Made by a program: the position numbers and the translations under genes. A stretch of 64,000 bases of DNA, taken from positions 5,518,001-5,582,000 of the forward strand of contig NC_134035.1 of the NCBI RefSeq assembly GCF_964204645.1. Reading direction: 5' to 3'. The notes beneath the pieces are model-generated. The model saw only the letters and a list, made by a program, of their open reading frames with translations, ran no database searches and was not told the DNA's origin. This DNA is from Tubulanus polymorphus (lineage: Eukaryota > Animalia > Nemertea). Of this stretch, positions 47,784 through 60,165 are shown piece by piece (the first letter of the stretch is position 1; each line of letters opens with the position of its first letter).

Positions 47784-48624
47784 TCTTGAATGTGCATCGT
47801 GGGTGTTCACGCAATAACGGTTTTCTATTCGGTAATCGCATTCTCATTATCTGAAAAAAATGAATTTCATAATACAACAATTCTAAGTTACGTAAAACGA
47901 TGGCCGCGGTCTTCATTCTTATTTACATATCATTTAAATTCGCAGCATCTTTCGATCGACGATTCTGAATAATTAGCAGTGCCGTCCATCAATGCGCGCC
48001 ATCGTGACGTTTTCCGTGACTATTAAGCTATAACGACCTGTCTATTGTTTCTTATACAATTCCGAGGTGTTCGGAGAGTGCGCAGCCTTTGTGAGTAAAG
48101 CGCATCCACCTGCATCGACTATTGAAACCGTTCAGTAGAAGACGATTGGTCACGTCAGCTTTAACAGTTTTCATAAATAATTGAATAGAATATTCGCTCG
48201 CGCTACCGACAGTTCATTAGTCAGTAACTTCACCGCCAACGCTCGGCAGTAGTTTTCTAAATATCAATACAAAACGATGATAAACACAATACGAACAGTT
48301 CCTACCATCATCATCGCATTGAATATTCCAACACAATAATGGTTTAACGGCCACTTTCTGCACGTTTTCGCACAAAAATCCGTTCATTTTTCGAAGTAAC
48401 AAGAGATAAGAATGCATCACTTTGTTGATTCGATTTAAGAAATCAAATATTTCAGAATATATGTCTAAGTTGTAGATCGCCGATAACAATGAGCGCTAAA
48501 TCTTGTCATTAACTGGAGGCTTCATATTGACAGTCAAATGCAAGCGGGTAACTTCGGTTGAAAGTCACAATTGACGGCCATATGACGTCCAATAGAATAG
48601 ATTCATTAAACATCCAGAGGACAA

Positions 48625-49080
48625 AAATGTACCATCACCAATATGGCTTTCGCCAGGGCCATTACAGTATCGATATATTCTTGGATCTTTCGAAAGCTTT
48701 TGACCCTCTCGGTCGCAGTATCTTCTTTAAAAAAAACTTCAACATTTTGGCATACGATTTTGGCATCGATTATATACTGGCTCTCTTCGTTCCTTTATAT
48801 CTTTTACGTTATCTTTTAACTATAACAAGTCCTCTGTACCTCACACCACGGTATTCGCCAAGGATCAATCTTACGTCCTTTACTGTTCTTAGTTTATGCG
48901 CGAGATATCTCTACCCCTAACTCTTAATCTAACTTCATCTTATTCGCCGATAATATATAGTGCCAAGCCAAGACACAGATTTAAATGCTCTAATTTCGAA
49001 AACACGTAAAACTCTCCCTCTCCTGGGTTCTTGTGCACATAAATTGTTTTTAAACTTTGACAACATTTCTTTTAAAAGTA
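48625..49080 (+). pseudogene. Decayed LINE RT fragment
   Basis: HQYGFRQGH, IFLDLSKAFD, GIRQGSILRPLLFLVY, LFAD in order with frameshifts. Confidence 0.8.
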
Positions 49081-49531
49081 TAGTACATTTTCCAATTGTA
49101 CGTTACAATAATAATACGTTTTCCAGACAGTTAAGACACAACTTTAACTCGCCTAAACGAATGACGCCATTCGAAAACATTTCTTTGAAGATTTTCTCCT
49201 CCGATCCCGTAAAGTGACATTAATGGTTCGCACTTACTGTTCAATAAACAATAACCGTGACAGCTCCGGCAGAAGCGAAAAACGATTTAATCGAGACAAC
49301 GCTCTTTCTCTCGCGCCGCCAAACTCAAAAATAGTAGCGACATTTACCGATCTTATAGAATACCATTTAGATCAATTAAGAAAAGAAAGATTTATATATC
49401 GAACGAAAATGAGAAATACGTGTGGTACAGTTTAACCATTGATAGGGTCAAAATGGTTACCACCATTGGTAGGGTCTGAAACACGGCCCTATATAAAGCA
49501 CTATATCCGTTCGTTTTGAAACGATATCAGA

Positions 49532-49642
49532 GAATCCCATTACGAAAAACAAAATGATAACATGATAAGCCCGAAAATGTTTCCTTGAGCTAGTTGTTTG
49601 TTCGATGTTTCGACTATATTCTAATAGTCATTTTCAGGAATA
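49532..49642 (-). mobile_element. Penelope-like terminus, hammerhead with G8>A change
   Basis: Minus strand tattc-CTGAAAA-t-GACTA-ttagaata-TAGTC-GAAA-ca-TC-gaac. Confidence 0.7.
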
Positions 49643-50444
49643 CTTCGGTATACATTGACGAGTCGGTCCCGGTCGAATCGGTTAAGCGTTTACAAGCCGA
49701 ATATTTTGTCCCCGATTCTCCACTAGGTCAACTCAAAACTATGAAATATCGACAGTCAGAATTATTGAAATAGCAATGAGTTCACGAGATAAGTCATCAA
49801 TTGTGCTGTCTTTTCACACTCTCTATTGCTGGCGGGAATTATCAATAATACTGCCGGGTTTATCTTGAGGGTGGCGGCGAAATACTCAATGATTAATTGC
49901 GTCGACTCGTAGTATAGATAGCATTATAATTTCCCATGTCAAAACCGATCGAAAAAATATCTTTGAAAATTCCCGAAAGAAAGGGACTCAATCAGTCGAC
50001 GTTAGACGTTATCTAAGAACGGATCTTAGGTAGAGAGTTCGTCTAGTCGAATGTCCTCAGAAGCGATAACAGTAAAATGTCACCCTGACATTCGTGATGT
50101 CATACATTTAATAACGAAATATAACACTTCATATATATCTAACTAGATGAAATACGTGACTTCAAAAGCGTAGATTAAAATTTGTAAGAACTGCGAACTT
50201 TTGAATGGGATGAGCAATAATGATAGTACTGATGATATTAATATCATTCACATATCGGGATACAATAAAGATTGTACGTGTAATGTTTAACTGCCTTGTT
50301 GTTCCTGATGGATGGAATACTGTATTGCTGATGCTATAGTTCCCCCGCCAGCCTACCGATATAACACCCAGCCGGTTACAAAACAACGAATTTTCTAATG
50401 AGAAAACTTTGCCTGTAAATTAGCTCAAGTCAAATGATTTGATT

Positions 50445-50502
50445 CACTTGTATTTCACCTGATGAGAGGGGATGAATATGATCCCGAAAACGTTCGAGCG
50501 AA
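50445..50502 (+). ncRNA. Minimal hammerhead-ribozyme-like motif (Penelope-type)
   Basis: ttcac-CTGATGA-gag-GGGAT-gaatatg-ATCCC-GAAA-acgt-TC; palindromic stem III (AACGTT); stem I weakened. Confidence 0.55.
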
Positions 50503-52783
50503 TCAACTGTTATTTCTCAATAAAAAAGAGGTATCTATTGTTACCGCTTCTATGGACATGAATAGAATATAAATCATAATATTTAATTCGTATATAACGT
50601 GATTTACCAATTGAACAAAGAATATGACGTATTGCACGCACATCGAATGAAGTTGAAACTTGGGCACCTGTCACAAATACGTCGATCTACGTAATGACAT
50701 TTTTTTCTAAGATCAATGCTATCCTGGCACCTATAGACATCTATCTTTAATGTAATGTCGATAAAATAAAGATTTTTTCTAGTAACGGTCGTGTCACTAT
50801 TAATGTTTGCGGATTCATATCAGCTGCAATAAAACTTCGCAAGCCCCTAATTTTATCCACTTAGGACTCAAAGTTTAAAACTTTAAAACTAAAGTGTATG
50901 TCACATATTTGTGTAACTTGTAAATATGAATGTGTTTTGTAAGCCTTACAATAGGCTTGTATACATACGATATGACACTTACCGGTAAATAAAGATATAA
51001 TTCATATTGTCCTCTATCTAAAAAATGAAAAGTGATTGGCGCTGATTGATGCGATTATTCGATAAATGCAGTCAATATCGTCAACGCGCAGAAAAGGGAA
51101 ACACAATACGCGGCGATAGATTTATCATTATATGCGAGGAAATTGTACCGGTCAATCAAGGGCCCATTTCCGACTCTCAGTTTACGCAGGGGCGAAGGTT
51201 GCCGCGTTAATCGCTTATGAAAAATGATCTACGATTACGATTACGAGAGACGCGCGCATACAAGGACGGGACAAAACGACAGCGCGGGTTGAGAGGAGGA
51301 GGGGATCTAACGTGCAAGTTAATGCGATTGAAAACGCAAAAATCAACGATTTCCGTCACTTTTCTTATTTTTTTTTTTGATGCGCAAAATTTCGAATTTC
51401 TCGGGAATTCGTGAATTTTGAAAAGAGTTTCTGGGTATTTCTTCCCGAACGACGAGAATGTAATGAGTCTAGAAGATACACAATGTATCCGTGTACTAGT
51501 TATATTCCAGAATTTCCAAATTTGTTTCGCCTGAATTACTGTTGGATTTCTCTCGATTATCTCTAGGTGAGAAAACAGAGATCTCGCGAATCAGGAAAAA
51601 ATCCGCCTTTTTTATTATTTTACGTAATCTATCAATTCTATAATTTTCATCGATTCATTGAGTTTCCCCGCAACATCTTCCCGCACCGCTGAATCATCAA
51701 GACGACGACAAATGTTTTTTCAAAGAATCTGTTTATGTATTAGCCTATACGCGCGGTAAAGCTGGGTACACAACAACTACTCTTTACATCACGTATGTCT
51801 ATATACGTCTTCATCTATTACAATCTCTCCGCCGTGCAGAATAAAGTGCACCGTCTAATTACAACGCTTTATAACAATCTATACCCGCGCGGCCCGAGGC
51901 TACCGCATGAAACCTCTAACCTCGAAAATTAAAACTCAACGAATCCGCAAAATCTACCCCGATTTTACATTATACGATATTCGTAGATATCAACATCATA
52001 GACATCAACCTCATAGATGTCAATATCACGATGCTACCCCCCCCCCTCCTCACAATGTCTACGTATAATGGGGTTGGATACGAAGATGTAAACAAACTTG
52101 AAAGTTGACCCCTTGAAACTGAGGTTAAGAAATGTTTAAAGATGCCCGAGTATTTCTAAATACGCTGAATCCGATGAGTATTAGTATGGGGGTTGAAGGT
52201 GTCGAGGACGTGCAGTTATCCCCTAAACAAGCTTATGCCTTTTTATTAAAAAGATTACCCCTTTTCTTTGGCGAGGAAGTTAAAATTGGACACCGTATCC
52301 GCCCCTGTTGTTAGATCAGCAGTTATATCTCACGCGATATATCTCTTCAGCGATACCGGACACCGCTGTTAGACTGTTCGCCACTAGCTACACGAATTAC
52401 AGTCAGGCTAGTGTCAGCGTCAAATATAGAATTAAAATTCTATTAGCCCCCGAAATGACTAGGCATTCAATGAATTTAGTTTAGAGAGTCGAGTCAGCTC
52501 GCGGTGTATACCACAACACGACAGCGCGCGCGCGTGAGTGTGTACGAGATGCGTCCCTGTAATTGCCCGGCAATATCAAGCGTTACTGAATGAACCAAGT
52601 CAAAGGTGTCATCGTCATACCCTAATCCGATCGCTACAAATTGTATTCAGTTTTAGTTTTCAGAAAAACCGCGCGCGCACCGAATCGGCGCGTTCGTTCA
52701 TGATAGTCGAGCGACCAAAGAGGTTTAATTATAGCTTCTTGAAGATGAAGAAGTAATGTCGCCGCCAGAAACGAAATCGGATA

Positions 52784-53007
52784 GGCTAAAAAAGAATTGA
52801 TACCTTGTTTCTCATTTCTGCTGAGCTTAAAACTTGACCCAGCCGGCCGCCTATCTACCCAGTAGAGTACTTTAAAAAAAAAGTCGTGATCAATTTTACC
52901 ATAACAGACCCGGCAGCTATAGAAATGAACTGATTACAAATTTCATTATTTTTTTGCAAAAATGACCCGGCCGCTGCGGAGAAACAAGGTATCATTTTTG
53001 TTCAGTC
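52784..53007. mobile_element. MITE, copy 2 of the 4036-4254 family
   Basis: Colinear over full length, including ccggccgcctatctaccc and gacccggccgctgcggagaaacaaggtatc. Confidence 0.85.
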
Positions 53008-54269
53008 ATTAAAGTTTCGGAGATGCCAACTTTCAGCAAGACGTTATTGCTACATTCAACCGGTAAAAGCCCTGTAGCGATCGCATTAATGTTCTCAAGC
53101 TTTCCCTTAAAGGATCCTGAGACCATCCACAGATCGAGAATATACGTACATGCCTTATATACGATGCCTTATATATATGTGTGCTGAATAATATTCATTT
53201 ACTGCACAATTTTTCGTCTTTTTCTGAACTGGAGACTTCATTCACGCCCGGAAACGTTCGACACGATATAATGTTACTTCGTCGGACGACGACAGACCGA
53301 TGTCGTCATCGAAATTCTCGAATTATTCTGATTAGATTGTTAACTATATCATCATCAAACAACAATTTCACGCGTCAATTACGTCGCTTCGGTTTTTGCA
53401 CTCGGTACTCTGTTGTTGTTCACTGAGAAATCTTAATTAACACTCTTGAAAATACTCTCTATTGCCAGTTTGATCAGATGGTATATCGGTGGCCGGGCCG
53501 CGCACGCGCGCCAGTAACGGCTAATTTCGCGCTGTTTTAGTCGTTCAATTAAGCCGCCCGGGAGCTCACGGAATCCACCCTTCCGCTATCCGCGCGCTCT
53601 CGTACCGGCTGAAAGTAAAAGGGCGACTGATTACACATTTTAAACGAAACGCTTGATTGCCAACTATTGTCGGCATATTTCCTTTTTATTTCGGATTTTC
53701 GTAAGCACGTCACAGGATCGTTTGACGGCGGAAACTCGTTCGGTGTAGCTGACGAGAGTTTCAGTCGGCGTGCAGTGTGCACAGAATCATCGGTATGAGA
53801 ATCACGAATATTATTAGAACCTGTTTTGCGCTAGAAAACTCCCCAGATATATGATACCGATCATATACCCTCGTCATATCAGGGTCGGAATCGGTGTGTA
53901 GTTTAGAAAGTACAACGTAAGCTAACTGTGACTGATGTAAATATCGAAGAATTGAAAAAAATGGTAGTGAAAATTATTTTTCGTAAAATTCATCGAGTTT
54001 GAGTAGCCCGCCGACTTCACCGGTAACGAATAAGAAAATAATATTTACTATTTCTTAAATTTCTACTTTAATTTGTTGAAACCCAACCGTTTGTGCTGGT
54101 GTTGGTCAATTTGAGTTAGCGCCAAAATGCTGTCACTAGCTACTGCGATATAGTGCCAATAATCATTGTTTACCGATTGAGAAGGATAGACGTACGAAAA
54201 AAAGTTAAAAAAAGACTATTTACAATATGTTGTTCAGGCGAAATTGGTGAGGGATACCATTGATTATTC

Positions 54270-54556
54270 AATTATCTGTCATTCTCACACCAAGCTGATA
54301 AGAAGAAGATACCTAACTAGTTATCATTGCGAAAATCCAACCGAGCGCAAACAATTTCGGGAGTTATCGAATACGATTAAGGACCCGAAATTATTAATGA
54401 ACATTATGTTGAAACGTTTGGTAAATACCTCGTTTTTTCTACATAGTGTATCAATATGCATTCTTTTCTATATCCTTATACTTTATTGTACAGTAATTTC
54501 TGGGACACCCTGTACAATATTGACATTGTTAGGGCGAATAAAGTTATCTTATCTGA
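54270..54556 (+). pseudogene. Decayed LINE 3' end with (TATCT)n tail
   Basis: LIRRRYLTSYHCENPTERKQFRELSNTIKDPKLLMNI resembles the ORF2 terminus at 31.5 kb; AATAAA-gttatcttatct tail. Confidence 0.55.
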
Positions 54557-55399
54557 GTAGATTTTGTAGACCTCCTTATGATGCGTGTTTCTCAGTCAGA
54601 ATAAAGTTGAATCTCATGTCATCTCATCCGGTATATCTTTCCAATGACACCTTCCTAAAAAAGTTGTTTGCAACGCGTTCCGAAAATAAACTTTTCGACC
54701 AAAAAAAAAAAAACCGACAACCGCCAATTAGGCAATACACATTTATTCATCGCTGATAATTGTGATTTTCGTAAATTAAACAGACTTATTTTCTGTATTT
54801 CGCTTCGCAAATTACAGGCCGCGCCGGCTTCATTTGGACGCGATAGAGCGAGGAAGTTGTAATTATCGTCACCTATCTCCTCTATCCTTGACGAGAGCCA
54901 GCGCGTGATATGACGCGGTACGGGTTATTTTTCGTCGACAATCGATCGAATAATAATTGTTTTATTTTCAAAATGGCCAATCGACTTTTTCTTTGTTTTT
55001 CGTATGACCAGAGGATAATTTGCGCTGCGAAATTTATACCGCGCGCGCACGCAGGGCACAAATGTCGAGATGACGCCCTCTCCGGTTATAATAGCCTTCG
55101 CCTGATTAAAAACTTTCCACTTGATTAAAAATACCGCCGACGTGCCGTAGATTTAAATTGATACTTAGTAAATTAATTTGTTGCCCGTGGTGTACACTTG
55201 AAAAATGTGGGTTTAGCTGATCGGAATGACTGACTGAATCTTTGATCGAAAATCATCGAATGCTGTTCGTCGGAAATTTTCATTTCATCGGCGTCCAATC
55301 GATAAGTGTGTGCTCTATACGAGCAGTTCATTTGATTCTTGATTCTCTCACGAGTCCATGATGCCTTCTACCATTTTAGAGGGAAACCACAAATACAGC

Positions 55400-55712
55400 C
55401 ATATCGACAAGCAGGTTCGAATCCTGCTGGCTGCTTACAGCGTGCGAGCAACACCTTAATATAAAGGCCGTGGTCCCGTCGAAAGGTTGAAAAATCCAAT
55501 AGGGTTAGTCTTGGAAACCAGATCAGTGCAGGGTCACAAGCGGGGTCAAGTCCTGCTGGCTGCTCGCTGAGTGTGGGCAACGCTTTAAAGGCCGCTGAGT
55601 GTGGGCCAACGCTTTAAAGGCCGTGGTCTCGTCGTGGGGTTTAATGAAAAATCCAATAGGGTTAGTTTCGGGAAACATAGATCTGAACGACGTAAAGCAA
55701 AACAAAACAAAC
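55400..55712 (+). mobile_element. tRNA-derived SINE with internal tandem duplications
   Basis: GCAGGTTCGAATCCTGCTGGCTGC head remnant and body present twice, plus a ~29-bp duplication; tail AGATCTGAACGACGTAAAGCAAAACAAAAC. Confidence 0.75.
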
Positions 55713-55826
55713 GTAAGATAAACTCTTTCGAATCCAAATAAACGACCCATCGAACTACAATCGAAATTTTGATTCGATGATGGACAGTTTTCACGATAGG
55801 TAGAACACAATATCCGTGTTGACGCG

Positions 55827-56437
55827 ATGAGGAGAGAATCCCACAATGATAATAAAAAGTCCGAAAATGAAACTTCGAGATAGTAGTTTATTTCAACGTT
55901 TCGACTATATCCTAATAGTCATCTTCAGGAATAATGAGATACTACAGAAATTATGAGATATATATACAATCCAGAGACAAAGAGACTAATTCAGGTAATC
56001 AGAGATGATACAAACTAAAGGAAAATTAACGTAGAAACAGTTACACGCTAAAATAGATTAAAGGGAAGCAAACTAAGGGGTGATTATAAACAACAATAGT
56101 GAGTATAAATATAAATGAAACTTAAAGTCAGTAGTAAAAAGAAAGACAAACTAGGGGGCACTTAAATTAAAACAAAGGTGAATACAAGTTAAGTCAGAGA
56201 CGAAATTGATGAGAGAACAAATAACAAATAATCAAAGGGGAAATCAAGTGTTGAGTTTAACCAGTTTACAAAGGAATTTTGATATAAGTTTATTATGGGG
56301 TGAAAAACCATTGTTAAGGTTTACAACGTTGTTCGAATTTTCAATAATTAATGCAGATTCCAAAATATGTCTTCTAGTTTTATCGCTGCAAGGGTAAATT
56401 AATTCTTTTTATTATCATTGTGGGATTCTCTCCTCAT
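55827..56437 (-). mobile_element. 5'-truncated Penelope-like element: GIY-YIG C-terminus, 3' UTR, hammerhead, inverted terminal copy
   Basis: Minus strand 56408-56244 encodes KELIYPCSDKTRRHILESALIIENSNNVVNLNNGFSPHNKLISKFLCKLVKLNT*; perfect 33-bp inverted repeat 55827-59 / 56405-37. Confidence 0.85.
55888..55934 (-). ncRNA. Minimal type I hammerhead ribozyme motif
   Basis: ttattc-CTGAAGA-t-GACTA-ttaggata-TAGTC-GAAA-cg-TT-gaaataa: all core nucleotides present, palindromic ACGT stem III. Confidence 0.75.
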
Positions 56438-57187
56438 GGACAGTTTTATCGCCAGATATTTTAACGCCGATACTAGTCGGATAGAATCAAGAGGCCCCAT
56501 AATTCTCTGAGTCATTGTATCACCCGATTTCAGTTGGAACAACCATCCTTTTAATGACACGTGACTACAACTCACACGGAGATTGGTCACCCGTCAGTAA
56601 CGGTTTTCGCCGACGCACATATCGGAACAATGATTTTCTTGTGAAAATCAAGGAAGTTAGATTTTAAAAAAAGCCACCTGGAGCTCCCGGCACAAAATGC
56701 TATTGTTTTCCTACTGTCCGCTCACTACCGAACGATATAACGCATCGCCTCGACAGCGTAGGAACGGATGATCTTGGGAGGAGACTTGATCAGATCCGGC
56801 CTGAAGAATGGATTATATTCATTCAGATGAACCTCCGAACGAGTTAAGGCGATTTTCGCCGTCGATTGCGCGGCTACTTATCGCAATCGCGAAGTCTACT
56901 CGATCCGAGGGATTCATACACGAATACGCCTAATACGATAATTGAATGTTGATGTATCGTGAACCGTCACAGCAACCACTGAGTAACACGAAACGTTGTT
57001 GATTTGTTTTTTTTTCTAAGAGAAATACGTTGGTAACAAATCTAATGAGACAATGGTCAGTACCAATGCTATATATATAACGTTGCTACGTTCATTAACT
57101 CGGTCTTTTGACATTTCGACGCAATTCTTGAGTCACTTTCGACAATCAAACCAACTCCCCATATTCTTCGACCATCTATTGCATTAC

Positions 57188-57292
57188 AAGAATCCCACAA
57201 TAAAGACGAAAAAGTCCGAAAATGTTTTTCTCGAGCTAGTGTAGTTCATTCAACGTTTCGACTAACGTATTAATAGTCATCTTCTCAGGATC
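57188..57292 (-). mobile_element. Penelope-like terminus, hammerhead with 2-nt insertion in the core
   Basis: Minus strand CTGAGAAGA-t-GACTA..TAGTC-GAAA-cg-TT-gaat...ttgtgggattct. Confidence 0.7.
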
Positions 57293-57299
57293 ACTAGTC

Positions 57300-57450
57300 A
57301 ATAATTGCAGTCAAACAGAGCCAAACTTGTATCTGCTGGTCAAAGAGCCTGTACTATATCGTACACGATTTCTTTGGAATAATTACCCTACCAGTTACAT
57401 TGTAGTCCATCCTTAGCTTTTAAACATCAAATTAACAATCTTTTACCATA
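57300..57450 (+). pseudogene. Decayed LINE ORF2 terminus
   Basis: LWN-LPYQLHCSPSLAFKHQI (frameshifted) parallels WNSLPRKLKSSKSRPFFKKCL of the 5433 ORF. Confidence 0.45.
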
Positions 57451-58869
57451 GCTTATTCTCGAGTACTCTTTTATGACTAACTGTTGATATACCATTTTCC
57501 AATTCATGTATCGTATTTTGGAAGCCAAAGAAGCAATTTTATAAATATATACATGGAATTCTGGTCAAATTTCTGGTCCCCCTGCTTCCATGCGGGCTCA
57601 ACATTTTACATCTCGATCCAGCAAAAGATTATTTGTAAAAATCCCGCATTATAAGAAAAGAGAAAACCGAAAGTCCGAAATGTCTCCTTATACAAGTTGA
57701 ATAAAGATGTGATACGAACTGTCACTTTTTGCGTTGCGGGAATTTCATATTCATTCTTACAAAAGTCGGGGCGTTTCATCAGAGGTTATCGATTATTTGC
57801 GTGTTGGTATCGCCGTGAACCTAAGCGATCTAACCAATTTGCATAATGAACCCCCTCCTTCCATCGCTTTTGAGAAATATCGAATTTACCTCCACAAACC
57901 ATAAACGCATTAGTTAAAACAAAACCCCGATATACAATGCATTTATATATAGGCCTAAAATTATATATGAGCTCGAAGCAACCCCTATATATTTTTGAAA
58001 TGCCGTCGTCGTAATTGACATCTTGAATTACTCCGCCCGTCAGCATTCATCTCAGACATACCAATCACGCTGGTATTGGCTTAGTTACACTAATTGGAAC
58101 TGTTCAATTGCTCCATTCCCCCGCTCCGCGCCGGGCAAATACGCCATGACTTATTGTCACCGATAACCTTATTCCGTAATAAACGCCGAAACTCAACTTT
58201 CAACGTCGATTAAAAACGTCGGCGCGAAAAAAAAACTATCACCAGAGCGAAGCCCGAAGTTAAGTACGTTTACATGTGTACATCCGCGGTTGTTTATAGC
58301 CTGTAGAAATATATCAGATATGTTGTCACTGCGCGCCACTGCGGTTAACGTCCCTCACGACGAACCCACAGCGCCGCGCAATTAAGCCGACCGAAATAAA
58401 ACAAGCCATCGAGTTTAATATATCGTCGCGATCGTCGTCGTTGTAATCACCAAGTACGATTTAGTTTCGTTTAATTCGATTCCGTTTCGCTCGTAGAAGA
58501 GAAAAACGAACGAAGAATAGCAAGAAGTTTCCTCAAAATTATACGCGATATAAGTTCCTCAAGCCGACAGTAAAACATACACGTGTTTGATCTTGAAATC
58601 GGGGTTGACCCTGTTGTTATTTATTTGATTGGTATAGATTTCGTTTCGATTTTTTTATTTGGTGTCGCTTATACAAACCCACCACACCTGCCGGGAGCGA
58701 AACGAGGGGAGCTGGATTACTTTTAAGAGCCTTTGAATATAGAATCAGTGAAATTGACGCTATAAAATATTATTTCATCATCATTATCTTTATCAGTTAT
58801 TTTTTATATCTATCTTCCCAGTTATCCATCCACAGTAACATCATATCCTATATTCGAGTTATACCTCAA

Positions 58870-59130
58870 GTAAAACTAGCTTTACTCGGAAATGGCCGAC
58901 TCAGACTTTTGACTAACTCGCACAAAAAAAACGAAATCATCTTTTTACTTCCTAACTTTTTTTCCTATCCTTTACTCGGACTTCGCTTACCTCGGAATAA
59001 TTTTGCCGGTCCCAGTTTGTCCCGAGTTGGGCTAGGTTTACTGTAGGAAGTGAAGGGGAAAATAGATGTCGTTTTTGTTCGAGTTAGTTAAAAGTCTCTG
59101 TTAAGTTATGTCCGAGTAAAGCGAGTTTTA
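58870..59130. mobile_element. Inverted-repeat element containing a Tigger/pogo-like 3' end
   Basis: aaaactagctttactcgga / tccgagtaaagcgagtttt and gacttttgactaactcg / cgagttagttaaaagtc; internal ggtccc...aggtttactgTA at ~59010-59044. Confidence 0.55.
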
Positions 59131-59864
59131 TCATATTATGTCCAAATCGTCCATACGATAGATTTTGGAACGATGTACGGAAAATAAAGTATTAATGATC
59201 AATAAAGATAAAGTTAATCGGGGTGAGAAGCTGATTTTACCCTTGGATTGGAAAATAATGATAACATTTCTAGCCGGTTCAATACCTCATTTCCAGGGCT
59301 CGCGATTAATTGCGACACGTCGATTCCATTTCTTCTATTAAATCAGTTGACGTTATTCGATTTAGGAGTTCGTTCTGGTACTAATCAATATTGTATATCC
59401 AAATTAGAGGAGAATGATCTTAACGTTTTCTGTATTCGTTTTCTATCTTTCAGGCCAAGTATGATACTTCTACATCTACTAGTATTCACTCTCAGTCAAG
59501 CGAGCGCCTATGACTTCGAATCTCTGTGTCACAATCCGCAAGTGCAGCATCTGAAGACCGTCGTATCGCTATGCGACAGTTTCGGTAGATTCAGAGGAAA
59601 ACTAGCCGTAGGTAAGTGCAGAAAAATCACATGCCTTTTTTTCGGCGATCTAAATAAGCGGAAAACGTCTCTCTTTTCGTTCGTTCGTTCGTTCGTTCGT
59701 TGAATCTCGAGGCCGTTTCATCTCTCTCAGCGTCTCGGAGATTTGTGCGCGAAATTGACGATGAACCACAACACAAACAATACACAGTGTACAGACTGAA
59801 TATATATCGACGGTATTTTAGATGCCTTCCTTTTATGATGAAACAATATCACTTTACAGTGTTG

Positions 59865-60165
59865 TCCTCACATTCTCTCTCTCCCTATCTTTCTTCCTTC
59901 TTTCCCTCCTCTCACCTCCTCTCTCTGCTCTTTTTCCCTTATCTTCCCCTCCTCTCTCCCTCCCTGTTTTCTCGCCTCTCCCTCACATACTCTCTCTTCC
60001 TTCTCTTTCATCCTCTCTCCACTATCTCTTTCCCTAATCTTTCCCTCCCTCCTACTCCTCTTTCCTTCTCCGTTTTCTATCCTCTCTCTCTCACCTCCTC
60101 TCTCCACTCTCTCTCCCTCATCTTTCTCCCCTCCTCACTCATCTCTTCCTCCTTCCTCGTACCCT
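59865..60165. repeat. Polypyrimidine/polypurine low-complexity tract
   Basis: ~300 bp almost exclusively C/T on the plus strand. Confidence 0.9.

Noticed and set aside
49845-49868. miR-8/200-like TAATACTGCCGGGT
   Set aside because: The 3' half diverges and the surrounding hairpin is too short for a pre-miRNA.
56798-56835. CTGAAGA plus a short stem as another hammerhead
   Set aside because: No GAAA box or stem III follows.
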